Of a stretch of DNA of 64,000 nucleotides, positions 45,585 through 54,662 are shown piece after piece. The notes beneath the pieces were generated by a model, which did no database searches, was not told the origin of the DNA, and was given only the letters and a program-made list of their open reading frames with translations. The position numbers were made by a program, and so were the translations under genes. The stretch covers positions 7,763 through 71,762 of the forward strand of contig CAZVIY010000011.1 of NCBI GenBank assembly GCA_964627425.1. The letters are read 5' to 3'. Source of the stretch: an uncultured Gemmatimonadota bacterium. Its GTDB lineage: Bacteria > Gemmatimonadota > Gemmatimonadetes > Palauibacterales > Palauibacteraceae. Positions within the stretch are counted from its first letter, which is position 1. Each line of letters opens with the position of its first letter.

Positions 45585-46217
45585 TCACAGGCCCTCCAGG
45601 GCCTCCCGGATGGGGGTGCCGTCGTTCAGGATGGCGAAGGTCTCGCCCCGGGTCGCCTCCACGTCGAGGCACGACACCAGGACACGGGCCACGTCGGCCC
45701 GACTGATGGCGCCGGACCGACGGAGCTCCGGAGCGAGCTCGATGCGGCCGGTCCCCTCCTCCCGGGTCAGACGTCCGGGACGCACGATGGTGTGGACCAG
45801 GTCGCTCCGCCGGAGCCAGGTGTCGGCCCATCCCTTCGCCCTGAGGTAGGGCCCCAGGGGCTCCCGGTCGCTCTCCGGATCGGCGCCCCTGGAGCTGAGC
45901 ATGACGTACCTGGCCACCCCCCCGGCCTCCGCCGCCACCATGGACCGCACCGCCCCGTCGCGGTCCACGGCCACCGTCTTGTCCAGGCCCGTCCCGGACC
46001 CGGACCCCGCGGCGAAGATCACGGCGTCCGCACCCTCCATGGCGTGGTCCACCGGCTCCTCGAGATCCGCCACCACGTGCTCCACGCCCCGCGCGTCGAA
46101 GGGCTCGGCCTGGTCCGGATCCCGGATCATGGCCACGGGTTCGTGAGACCCGTCCTCCAGGAGCCGAACGACCCGTCGGCCCGTCAGGCCGCTGGCGCCG
46201 ATCACCAGGACTCTCAT
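45585..46217 (-). CDS. NAD(P)-binding atypical SDR (YhfK-like)
   Basis: VLVIGASGLTG, FAAGSG, VDRDGA, YLRAKGWAD, IVRPGRLT, ISRADVA. Confidence 0.9.
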   Translation of the reverse strand: MRVLVIGASGLTGRRVVRLLEDGSHEPVAMIRDPDQAEPFDARGVEHVVADLEEPVDHAMEGADAVIFAAGSGSGTGLDKTVAVDRDGAVRSMVAAEAGGVARYVMLSSRGADPESDREPLGPYLRAKGWADTWLRRSDLVHTIVRPGRLTREEGTGRIELAPELRRSGAISRADVARVLVSCLDVEATRGETFAILNDGTPIREALEGL

Positions 46218-46270
46218 GATCTCCTCCCTCCGTCGCGGACGTGGGGCGGGAGCGAAGGGCCCGGATACAC

Positions 46271-46298
46271 GAAGAGCCCCGGGGTCGCCGGGGCTCTC
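46271..46298 (-). terminator. Hairpin downstream of cold-shock gene
   Basis: GAGCCCGG-cgacc-CCGGGGCTC followed by TTCGTGTAT on minus strand. Confidence 0.5.
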
Positions 46299-46361
46299 GG
46301 TGGGTCCGCGCTCCGGCTGGAGCGCGTTTCTGTGCGGTGCGAAGGGTTCGTCAGGCCTTCG

Positions 46362-46571
46362 TCAGGCGTCCACCTTACGGACGTTCTCCGCGGCAGGCCC
46401 CCGCTCGTTCTGCACCATGTCGAACTCCACCTGATCACCCTCGTCCAGGCTCTTGAAGCCCTGCATCTGGATGGCCGAGTGATGGACGAAACAGTCCTCG
46501 TCCTGGCCCTCCACGGTGATGAAGCCGAAGCCCTTCTGATCGTCGAACCACTTCACGGTTCCCTTGGTCAT
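46362..46571 (-). CDS. cspA: Cold-shock protein
   Basis: [16 protein letters not shown] (RNP1), CFVHHSAI (RNP2), GFKSL. Confidence 0.95.
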   Translation of the reverse strand: MTKGTVKWFDDQKGFGFITVEGQDEDCFVHHSAIQMQGFKSLDEGDQVEFDMVQNERGPAAENVRKVDA

Positions 46572-46678
46572 GCAGATATCCTCTTGTGCTTATGCATTCA
46601 GGCACCTAATGGAGGGCCTCCCGCCGAATGCACCGAAAGACCCACTACTCGTAGTAACCGAGCTTTATCTCGTCCACG

Positions 46679-46707
46679 ATCATAGGCTTTCCGGCCGTTC
46701 GGGGCAA
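46679..46707 (-). promoter_or_regulatory. Sigma70-type promoter of the csp gene, giving a leader of about 100 nt
   Basis: TTGCCC-17 nt-TATGAT; long 5' UTRs are typical of csp genes. Confidence 0.65.
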
Positions 46708-46846
46708 CCCCGCCCCCCGGATCCGCGTGAGTCCCCCCTCCGGACCGACGAACCAGCGGACACCGGTGTCGCCTGGACGCGAGCTCGTGAGCATACGGTG
46801 CCGCGGCCGCCGGCCGCAGGCAGGGACCCCGGACACCCGGGGAGGA

Positions 46847-47263
46847 TCAGCGCAGGAGCGTCCCGGGAGCGGAGGACCCGGAAGCGGTGAGGATCAGCTC
46901 CCCGGAACACTGCCCCGACGACCCCACGAGGGTCAGCTCCCACGTCCCCGGATCGGCCGCCGAGAGGTCCAGGGCGATCACCCAGGAGGTGGGCTCCGGC
47001 GTCGGGGTGTCCGGCCGGGTCTCGGTCACGACGATCCCGCTGGCCTCCGGAGCCCGGACCTCCACGAGCTCCCCCACCGGGCCGGGGACCTCGGCCAGCA
47101 CCCGGGTCGTGCGCCGGGTGATGGTCACCCGGTGGGGCGTGAACTCCACACCGCAGGTCTCCACCCGGACGGTCCCGCCCTCTTCGTCCGGAGCGGAGGC
47201 CCCGGCCGGGGGGATCGAGAGCGTGAGAAGGGCCCCGATCGCCAGTGATGTCACTGCCGTCAT
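46847..47263 (-). CDS. Secreted hypothetical protein
   Basis: GAGG RBS, signal-like N-terminus, beta-rich body, two Cys. Confidence 0.55.
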   Translation of the reverse strand: MTAVTSLAIGALLTLSIPPAGASAPDEEGGTVRVETCGVEFTPHRVTITRRTTRVLAEVPGPVGELVEVRAPEASGIVVTETRPDTPTPEPTSWVIALDLSAADPGTWELTLVGSSGQCSGELILTASGSSAPGTLLR

Positions 47264-47569
47264 GATCGCCTCCTCGCACGGGGGATCTCCGACGACGTCG
47301 GCGGTAGGGCCGGACGCCGCGTTCTGCCCGAAGGAGGTTCACGCCCCGTGCCGGGGCCACGCGCTCCCGGGACCCGGGGGGGGCGGAGGCCCCGTGGGAC
47401 CGGGCTGCTGCGGCGAGCCGGAGGGTCCCGGCGTCCGATCGGCAGCGATCCGGGGCCGGTGGGGACCCGGAAATAATTCCCGGAACGGGGGGCGGGCTCG
47501 AAAAGATCTTCCGGGCGGTACCGGCCCCCCCCGGGACGAGCGGCCGGGTCTCCCCGGATCCGGGCCGTC

Positions 47570-49066
47570 CTACCGCATGGCCGGGGGCAGGCTCCCCACC
47601 ACCCACTTGATGGGCCGACCCGCGGGGAGGGATTCGTCCACCTCCACGCCGTTGAGCAGCGCCAGGTCCTCGGCCCCCACCGGGCTGCCCCGCCGGGCCA
47701 GGAGCTCCTCGATGGTCGTCGACGCCCGCGGCGTCACCAGGTCCAGGCGGAGTGGGGTGGCCGCCCTGGCCTCCCGGTCGGTGAGTCGGGCCACCGATTC
47801 CACGAAGCCCCGGAGCACTGCCTCGTTCTCCCGGAAGGCCTGCTCCACCGCCAGGGCCAGGAGCCCGATGCTCCCGTCCCCCCGCTCGACGAACGCCACG
47901 AACCCGCGGAGCGGCTGTCCGGAGGAGGAGGCCCGGAACTGCCCCACCACGGCCTGGAGCCCGCCGAGGCTCGTCTCCCGAGCCCGGATCCGCTCCACGT
48001 CGTTCCGGGAGAAGAAGCGGTCCGCCGCCGCCCGCCAGGACAACGTGTCGGCCAGGGAGGCACGGAGGCCCGCCGTCTCCTCCGGGCTCGCCGCGGACAG
48101 GGCCAGGGGGAGCCGGTTCCGTTCCCAACCCCGGGGGAAGACGAGGCGGATCCCGGCCCGCGGATGGAGGAGGGTGTCGCCCCGGAAGTACCCGTTGCGA
48201 GGATCCGGGCCGTAGGGAAGCCCTTCGATGCGCGACAGATAGCGGTCCCGGCCCACCCTGGAGGCTTCCCCGGCGGCGGGCAGGGTGTCGAGGATCGCCC
48301 GGATGTTCTCGATGCGGTCCTCCGGGCTCGGATGGGTGGAGAGCCAGGTGGGAGGACCGCCCCCCGTCCCCTCGCTCTGGCGCTCCAGCATCCGGAACAC
48401 GTCCACCGCCTCGGTGGGCTCGTAGCCTTCGGCGATCAGGTACTGCAGCCCGAGGCGATCGGCCTGGCGCTCGTCGTCGCGGCTGTACTTGAGGAAGAGG
48501 ATGCCGAGTCCCAGCCCCAGCACCTCGCTGAACCGGGCCACGTCGTCGCTCAGGACCGACCCCAGGCCCAGCCCGAGCTGGGCGAGCTGCGCCCTGCTCA
48601 TCCGCTCCGCCGAGTGGCGGGCCGTCACGTGGGCGATCTCGTGTCCGAGGACCGCCGCCATCTCCGCCTCGGAGTCGAAGTGGGCCAGGATGCCCCGGGT
48701 CATGAAGAGGAAGCCTCCGGGCGCCGCGAAGGCGTTGACCTCGGGCACGTCGGCCACCCGGAACGACCAGGGGAGCCCGGGCCGCTCCGTCCCCTCGGCC
48801 ATGGGCCCACCGATCCCCTCCAGGTACTCCTCCAGTCCGCCCTCGCCGTAGATGCCCATGGTGCGGGCGACCTCGTCGTTCACCTGCCGCCCCATGGAGA
48901 TCTCCTGGGCCTCGCTCACCAGGATGAGCTGACGCTCCCCGGTGGACGGATTCCTGGGGCAGGCGGTGAGGAGCGGCAGCAGCAGCAGGACGACGAACAG
49001 CGGTGCGAGACGTCGCCCGACGATCACGGCCCACGAGCGTCCGAGCGAGCTCTCCCCACGAGACAT
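47570..49066 (-). CDS. M48 family Zn metalloprotease lipoprotein (BepA/YfgC-like) with LysM-like tail
   Basis: Start corrected to about 49066. LLTAC lipobox, NAFAAPGG, LGHEIAHV, YSRDDERQAD, STHP. Confidence 0.92.
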   Translation of the reverse strand: MSRGESSLGRSWAVIVGRRLAPLFVVLLLLPLLTACPRNPSTGERQLILVSEAQEISMGRQVNDEVARTMGIYGEGGLEEYLEGIGGPMAEGTERPGLPWSFRVADVPEVNAFAAPGGFLFMTRGILAHFDSEAEMAAVLGHEIAHVTARHSAERMSRAQLAQLGLGLGSVLSDDVARFSEVLGLGLGILFLKYSRDDERQADRLGLQYLIAEGYEPTEAVDVFRMLERQSEGTGGGPPTWLSTHPSPEDRIENIRAILDTLPAAGEASRVGRDRYLSRIEGLPYGPDPRNGYFRGDTLLHPRAGIRLVFPRGWERNRLPLALSAASPEETAGLRASLADTLSWRAAADRFFSRNDVERIRARETSLGGLQAVVGQFRASSSGQPLRGFVAFVERGDGSIGLLALAVEQAFRENEAVLRGFVESVARLTDREARAATPLRLDLVTPRASTTIEELLARRGSPVGAEDLALLNGVEVDESLPAGRPIKWVVGSLPPAMR

Positions 49067-49215
49067 GGCGCCCCCCTTTGATCCGGATGTCCGAGACGAC
49101 CCGGTGGCCTGCGCCTCCCGGCGCCCTCGTCCGGGCGCCCGTCGCCGCCCTTCCGGTCCTCGTCTCGTGTACATGCACGCTCCGAGCCGCAGGACCCTCG
49201 CACCGGCGACACTCC

Positions 49216-50319
49216 TCACGTCGGAGCCACCAGGAGCCTGCCGTCCGGCCGGGCCTCGACCGCCGTGCCCAGCTTCCGGCATTCCCCCGCCATGCGCTCC
49301 AGGAGCCAGGACCGGTCCGCCTCCGGCGGGTTCTCGAGTCGGAACCTGCGGATCCTCGCGGGAACCATTTCGAGCCGCCGGAGCCCCTCGTTCCCCGACG
49401 CCAGGTCCACGAAGTACAGGAACGTCAGGTCTCCCCGGTACTCCTCCCGGCCGGGAATGCCCTCGTAGTCGTTCAGGAGGTCGCCGCAGCCGTAGAGGAC
49501 GGGGCGGTTCCCGTGGAGCTCCACGCCCCTGGGGTGGTGCGAGGAGTGGCCGTGGACCACGTCCACCCCTGCCTCCTCCACGAGGACCCGGGCGAAGTCC
49601 CGCTGGCGTCGCGGAACGCGGTACCCCCAGTTGGGACCCCAGTGGACCGATGCCACGATCACGTCCTCCGGCCGGGCCGGCTCCCGGATCGGCCCGGACA
49701 GCTCCCGCGCGGTGGCCGGGGACAGGTCCGGGAGGAGACAGACCCCGGGTCGGTCCTCCCGGGCCGCCCAGTCCGCCGGGACTCCGGCGCCGCGGGTTCC
49801 GAAGGAGTAGACGAGTACCCGTCCGGCCGGGGCAGGAACCACCGCCGGGGCGAAGGCCTCCCCGCGGTCCCTCCCCGCCCCGACGGTCCGGATGCCCGCC
49901 TCCCGGAGCGTCCGCAGGGTCTCCCGGAGGCCCGGGTAGCCCCAGTCCAGGACGTGGTTGTTCGCGAGGGCGCAGCAGTCGATCCCGGCGGCCTCCAGGA
50001 CCCCCACGTTCCCGGGATGCATCCGGTAGTGGATCCCCTTGCCCCGCCACGGGTCGTCGCTCGTGGTGACGGCGGTCTCCAGGTTCACGATCCGGACGTC
50101 CGGGGAGCGGTCGGACAGGATGTCCAGCGCCATCCCCCAGGGATGAGCCCGGTCCAGCGGCGCCGGGATCGAGCCGTGGGCCTCCTCGGCGAACTCGACG
50201 TACCGGCGGGCGTCCCGGACGTGGGTCTCGTGGAGTCGGGGATCGCAGGACCGCGGCAGGGCCTGGTCGACCCCCCGGCCCGTCATGACGTCGCCGCACA
50301 GGAAGAGTCTGGTGGTCAC
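49216..50319 (-). CDS. CapA family metallophosphoesterase
   Basis: CGDVMTGRG, VNLETAVT, LANNHVLDWG, SVHWGPNWG, HGHSSHH. Confidence 0.92.
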   Translation of the reverse strand: MTTRLFLCGDVMTGRGVDQALPRSCDPRLHETHVRDARRYVEFAEEAHGSIPAPLDRAHPWGMALDILSDRSPDVRIVNLETAVTTSDDPWRGKGIHYRMHPGNVGVLEAAGIDCCALANNHVLDWGYPGLRETLRTLREAGIRTVGAGRDRGEAFAPAVVPAPAGRVLVYSFGTRGAGVPADWAAREDRPGVCLLPDLSPATARELSGPIREPARPEDVIVASVHWGPNWGYRVPRRQRDFARVLVEEAGVDVVHGHSSHHPRGVELHGNRPVLYGCGDLLNDYEGIPGREEYRGDLTFLYFVDLASGNEGLRRLEMVPARIRRFRLENPPEADRSWLLERMAGECRKLGTAVEARPDGRLLVAPT

Positions 50320-50529
50320 GGGGCCCGCCGAACCCTCCTCTTCGGGACCTCCTCCGTCCTCCCGGGTTCGTCGTCCGTCCTCCGGCGCCCGCCCGGTCCG
50401 CTCCGTCCCCGGCCGGCACCTCCGAATATACGTACGTTTCGGTGACGCGTCCGGCGGTCTTTTCCCATCGCCGACGCCGGCCCACGTTTTCCGGAGCCGA
50501 CGCTTCTGACATCTGACGGGAGTCGCCCC

Positions 50530-51855
50530 ATGGTCACCCGCCGCCGTTTCCTCGGAGCCCTGGGTCTCGGGGCCGGCGCCGCCGCCGGCCAGGCCTTCCT
50601 ACCCGCGAGGCTGGAGGGCGTCGCCCCCGGGACGGAGACCCGCGACCGGCTGGAGGAGCTCTCCGCCACGCCCGGGAGCCCGGAGGAGATCGCCCGGGAC
50701 GAGGACTACTGGGCCCGGATCCAGGAGGCGTTCACCACCGACCGGTCGCTGGTGAACCTGAACAACGGGGGCGTGAGCCCGACGCCGGCCCACGTCCTGG
50801 AGGCCATGAAGCGGGACCTGGACTACGCCAACCAGCTGCCGGTCTACAACGGATGGCAGATCCTGGAGCCCCAGCGGGAGGGGGTCCGGGACCGCATGGC
50901 CCGCCAGTGGGACGTGAGCCCGGAGGAGGTGGCCATCACCCGGAACGCGTCGGAGAGCCTCCAGATCCTCCAGTTCGGCCACGACCTCCGGGAGGGAGAC
51001 GAGGTCCTGACCACCAACCAGGACTACCCCCGGATGATCAACACCTTCAGGCAGCGCGAGCGGCGGGAGGGGATCGTCCTCAAGCAGATCTCCCTCCCCG
51101 TCCCGGCGGAGGACGACGCCGAGGTGGTCCGCCGGTTCGAGGAGGCCATCACCCCCCGGACCCGGCTGATCCTCATGTGCCACATGATCAACATCACCGG
51201 CCAGATCCTCCCGGTCCGGGAGGTGGTGGAGATGGCCCGGGGCCACGGGGTCCCGGTGATCGTCGACGGCGCCCACGCCCTGGCCCACTTCGACTTCACC
51301 ATCTCCGAGCTCGGGTGCGACAACTACTCCTCGAGCCTCCACAAGTGGCTCTTCGCCCCCATCGGCAACGGATTCCTCTACGTGGATCGGGAGAAGATCC
51401 CGGAGATCTGGCCCCTGATGGCGGCGCCGCCCGGGAAGGAGGACGACATCCGGAAGTTCGAGGAGATCGGCACCCACCCGGAGGCCAACTTCCTGGCCGT
51501 GGGCGAGGCGCTCACGTTCCACCAGCTCATGGGCCCGAAACGGAAGGAGGAGCGCCTGGTCTACCTGCGTGACCGGTGGGCGAAGCGGCTCCGGGAGCTG
51601 GACCGGGTGCGCCTCCACACCAGCCTGGAGCCGGGCTACGCGTGCGGGATCGCCACGGTGGAGATCCGGGGCATGGACCCGGGCGACCTGTTCGGCTGGC
51701 TGTGGCGGGAGCACCGGATCCGGACCACGCCCATCGTCCACGAGGAGTTCCGCGGGATCCGGGTCTCGCCCAGCGTCTACACGACCCTGGAGGAGCTGGA
51801 CCGGTTCGCCGACGCCATGGAACGGGCGGCCGTGAGCGGCATCCCGGCGGCCTAG
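50530..51855 (+). CDS. Class V PLP enzyme (isopenicillin N epimerase-like) with Tat signal
   Basis: TRRRFLGALG, NLNNGGVSP, TRNASE, VDGAHA, SLHKW (PLP Lys). Confidence 0.9.
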   Translation: MVTRRRFLGALGLGAGAAAGQAFLPARLEGVAPGTETRDRLEELSATPGSPEEIARDEDYWARIQEAFTTDRSLVNLNNGGVSPTPAHVLEAMKRDLDYANQLPVYNGWQILEPQREGVRDRMARQWDVSPEEVAITRNASESLQILQFGHDLREGDEVLTTNQDYPRMINTFRQRERREGIVLKQISLPVPAEDDAEVVRRFEEAITPRTRLILMCHMINITGQILPVREVVEMARGHGVPVIVDGAHALAHFDFTISELGCDNYSSSLHKWLFAPIGNGFLYVDREKIPEIWPLMAAPPGKEDDIRKFEEIGTHPEANFLAVGEALTFHQLMGPKRKEERLVYLRDRWAKRLRELDRVRLHTSLEPGYACGIATVEIRGMDPGDLFGWLWREHRIRTTPIVHEEFRGIRVSPSVYTTLEELDRFADAMERAAVSGIPAA

Positions 51856-51924
51856 CAGGAACTCGATCGGAGGAGGCCCGGGCACACCACCGGCCAGAGA
51901 TCGCCCCTCAACCGGTAGGAGCGC

Positions 51925-52758
51925 ATGAGCGAGAAGGAGGAGGTCAGCCAGCCGGTCGACATCAAGCTGCTGAGCATGTTCCGGCAATCGGTCGACGAGG
52001 GGCGGGCGCGTCTCGACCGCTCGTGGGCGGACCTGCTGGCGACGGGTCTGGTGGGAGGAATCGACGTCAGCCTCGGTGTCCTGGCGCTGCTGGTCGTGGA
52101 GGAGGCGACGGGGTCGCCGATGCTCGGCTCGCTGGCGTTCGTGATCGGCTTCATCGCCCTGACCCTCGGCAAGAGCGAGCTCTTCACCGAGAACTTCCTG
52201 GTCCCGGTCGCCGCCGTGGTGGCGCGCAAATCGTCGGTGGGGTCGCTGCTCCGCCTGTGGGTCGGGACGGCGGTGATGAACCTGGTGGCCGGCTGGCTGT
52301 TCGCCTGGATCCTCGTGCTGGGACTCCCACGGATCCACGAGACGGCGATCGAGGTGGGAGGGTTCTATCCCGCCATGAGCGACCCCGCCCTGTTCGGGCT
52401 CGGGATCCTCGCGGGAGTGGCGATCACGCTGATGACGTGGATGGAGCGCGGCGCGACCTCCGAGTTCGGAAAGCTCGCGGCCGTGTCGGCGACCGCCTTC
52501 CTGCTCGCGGCAGGGCCCCTGAACCACATCATCGTGGTGTCCATCGAGATGTTCGTGGCCATCGAGGCGGGAGCGGCCGCGTACGGATACGCCGATTGGG
52601 CGCGTGTGGCCGGCTGGGCGGTCCTCGGCAACATGATCGGGGGGCTCGGGCTCGTGACCACGCTCCGCCTGGTGCAGGTGGGAGGGACGGAGATCCAGCG
52701 AGAGCGTGAGCGCGTTCTGGCGAACCACGAGCACGAAGGGGAGAGGAGAGAACCATGA
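51925..52758 (+). CDS. Formate/nitrite transporter family protein (YfdC-like)
   Basis: SELFTENF, NLVAG, LMTW, LNHII, GNMIGG. Confidence 0.85.
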   Translation: MSEKEEVSQPVDIKLLSMFRQSVDEGRARLDRSWADLLATGLVGGIDVSLGVLALLVVEEATGSPMLGSLAFVIGFIALTLGKSELFTENFLVPVAAVVARKSSVGSLLRLWVGTAVMNLVAGWLFAWILVLGLPRIHETAIEVGGFYPAMSDPALFGLGILAGVAITLMTWMERGATSEFGKLAAVSATAFLLAAGPLNHIIVVSIEMFVAIEAGAAAYGYADWARVAGWAVLGNMIGGLGLVTTLRLVQVGGTEIQRERERVLANHEHEGERREP

Positions 52759-52886
52759 GAGTGATCGTCATCGGCGGCACGGGCACCATCGGGAGCGCCG
52801 TGGCCGACGAAGTGGCCAGGGCGGATCTCACTCCCCGGAGGCGATCTCCTCCAGGTGTCCGGCACTCCCGGGATCGGGACGGGTGA
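52755..52886 (+). pseudogene. Truncated short-chain dehydrogenase remnant
   Basis: ATGA-coupled to the FNT gene. Reads MRVIVIGGTGTIGSAVADEVA (Rossmann beta1-alpha1), then runs into the antisense end of the symporter and stops after 43 aa. Confidence 0.7.
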
Positions 52887-54294
52887 GGAGGCTCACCACC
52901 ACCAGGGCGCCGAAGGAGGCGACGAAGGGCCACAGGTTCCACGCGATGAACCCCTCCCATTGCGCCCGGGTCATCCACTGGTGAGCGACCACGGACACCA
53001 GCCCCCCGGCCACCATGCTGGCCAGCACACCCTCCTTCGTGGCCCGCTCCCACCACAGGCTGGCCAGCAGCGCCGGCCCGAAGCTGGCGCCGAGCGCCGT
53101 CCATCCGAAGGCGATGAGCCACAGGACGAGCTCCACCTCCAGGGCGGCCACCCAGATCCCGAAGAGGCCGACCACGCCCACCGCCGCCCGGGCCACCCGC
53201 TCCGACCCCCGGTCGGTGAGCTCCACCCCCAGGGTCCGCTCGATGAAGTCCCGGGAGACCGCCGTGCCGCTGATAAGCAGCTGCGAGTCGGCCGTGCTCA
53301 TGATGAGCCCCAGGGCCGACACCAGCACCAGCCCCCCGAAGGCGGCCGGGAACTCGCTGGTCGCCAGCATGGGGAACGCCAGCTCCGCGTTCCCGATCTC
53401 CGGCAGGAGGAGGCGGGCGCTGAGGCCGATGAAGATGGACGTGGTGGTCACCACGAGCTGGGCGCCCCCGCTCCAGAACATGGCCTTCCGGACGCTCTCG
53501 GAGGAATCGATGGCCAGGAAGCGCGACAGGACGTGGGGGTTGCCGAAGTAGCCCAGCCCGATGAGGAACCAGAGGGCGATCCCGCCGAGCAGGGCCAGCC
53601 CCCCGGCTCCGTTCGTCATGGACACCAGCACGGGATCGATGGAGGCGAGCTCGGTGAACAGCGCGCCGACCCCGCCGACCTTGATCACCGCCCAGATCGC
53701 CATGGCGGTGCTCCCGGCCGCCACGAGGAGGCCCTGGAGGAAATCCGACCACGCCACCGCCAGGAACCCGCCCGTCATCGTGTACAGCACGATGATCAGG
53801 CCCATGGCGACGGCCGCCCACACGTAGTCGATCCCGAAGAACGGGACCAGCGCCCTGGCGCCCGCCGAGGTCTGGGCCCCCACGTACACGGCGTAGAACA
53901 CGGTGACCAGGATCGCCCCGAGGCCGGTGATGGCCCGGCTGTCCCAGCGAGTGCCCAGGAAGGCGGGGATGGTCTCCTCGCCCAGGAGGGACGAGGACCG
54001 CTTCAGCCGCTCGGCCTGGCCGTAGTACGCCAGGATCCACCCGAAGGCCTGGGACGGGAGGGCGATCCACGCCCAGGAGCCCGCCGTGTAGGCGAACCCC
54101 GTCACGCCGATGAGCCAGAATCCGCTGTAGGCGGAGAAGATCTCGCTCACCCCGCTCACGGCGGAGCCCAGCTTGCCCCCCGCGATGATGAAGTCCGACG
54201 CGTCCCCGATCCGCCGCGACTCCACCCAGGCGAGGGCGGCCAGCCCCAGCACGTAGAGGGCGACCACCACCCCGTAGACGGCCCGGTCCGTCAC
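52828..54294 (-). CDS. Sodium:solute symporter (SSS, PutP-like)
   Basis: DFIIAGGKLG, YSGFWLIGVTG, GGFLAVAWSDFLQG, GYFGNPHVLSRF, LIMSTADSQLL, ASFGPALL. Confidence 0.93.
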   Translation of the reverse strand: MTDRAVYGVVVALYVLGLAALAWVESRRIGDASDFIIAGGKLGSAVSGVSEIFSAYSGFWLIGVTGFAYTAGSWAWIALPSQAFGWILAYYGQAERLKRSSSLLGEETIPAFLGTRWDSRAITGLGAILVTVFYAVYVGAQTSAGARALVPFFGIDYVWAAVAMGLIIVLYTMTGGFLAVAWSDFLQGLLVAAGSTAMAIWAVIKVGGVGALFTELASIDPVLVSMTNGAGGLALLGGIALWFLIGLGYFGNPHVLSRFLAIDSSESVRKAMFWSGGAQLVVTTTSIFIGLSARLLLPEIGNAELAFPMLATSEFPAAFGGLVLVSALGLIMSTADSQLLISGTAVSRDFIERTLGVELTDRGSERVARAAVGVVGLFGIWVAALEVELVLWLIAFGWTALGASFGPALLASLWWERATKEGVLASMVAGGLVSVVAHQWMTRAQWEGFIAWNLWPFVASFGALVVVSLLTRPDPGSAGHLEEIASGE

Positions 54295-54539
54295 CGCCTC
54301 GGAAAGGTGCGGTAGAAGACCACGGCGGCGACCACGATCAGCCCCCCACCGGTGAGGACCAGCACGGGAACGCCGGGCGCCACCGCGTCTCCCTCCCCGG
54401 GCCGACCCAGGAGGAACGCCGAGGCCAGGGTGGACGCCAGGAGGAGCGCCATGAAGAGGAGCCCCAGCAGGAGGCGTCCGAGGTGACGGGACGGACCACG
54501 TCCCCTCCGCCTTCCGCCGGGATCGCCGGTCTCCGCCAC
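54291..54539 (-). CDS. Small two-TM membrane protein coupled to the symporter
   Basis: GAGGAGG RBS, GTG 54539, two hydrophobic stretches, stop overlaps symporter start (GTGA). Confidence 0.65.
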   Translation of the reverse strand: MAETGDPGGRRRGRGPSRHLGRLLLGLLFMALLLASTLASAFLLGRPGEGDAVAPGVPVLVLTGGGLIVVAAVVFYRTFPRR

Positions 54540-54662
54540 GGCCGCCTCCTCTTCGCTCCGAACCCTGCGCCCTCTAGACTGAGGCGCACCGAAGCTATCC
54601 GGCCCGGCTCCGATGTTCCAACGTCCGGCCGGGCGTCGACCCGCACGGGAAGAGGAGGTCCG

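Noticed and set aside
49216-50319. Poly-gamma-glutamate capsule locus
   Set aside because: CapA alone, without capB/capC; solitary CapA-family phosphoesterases are widespread
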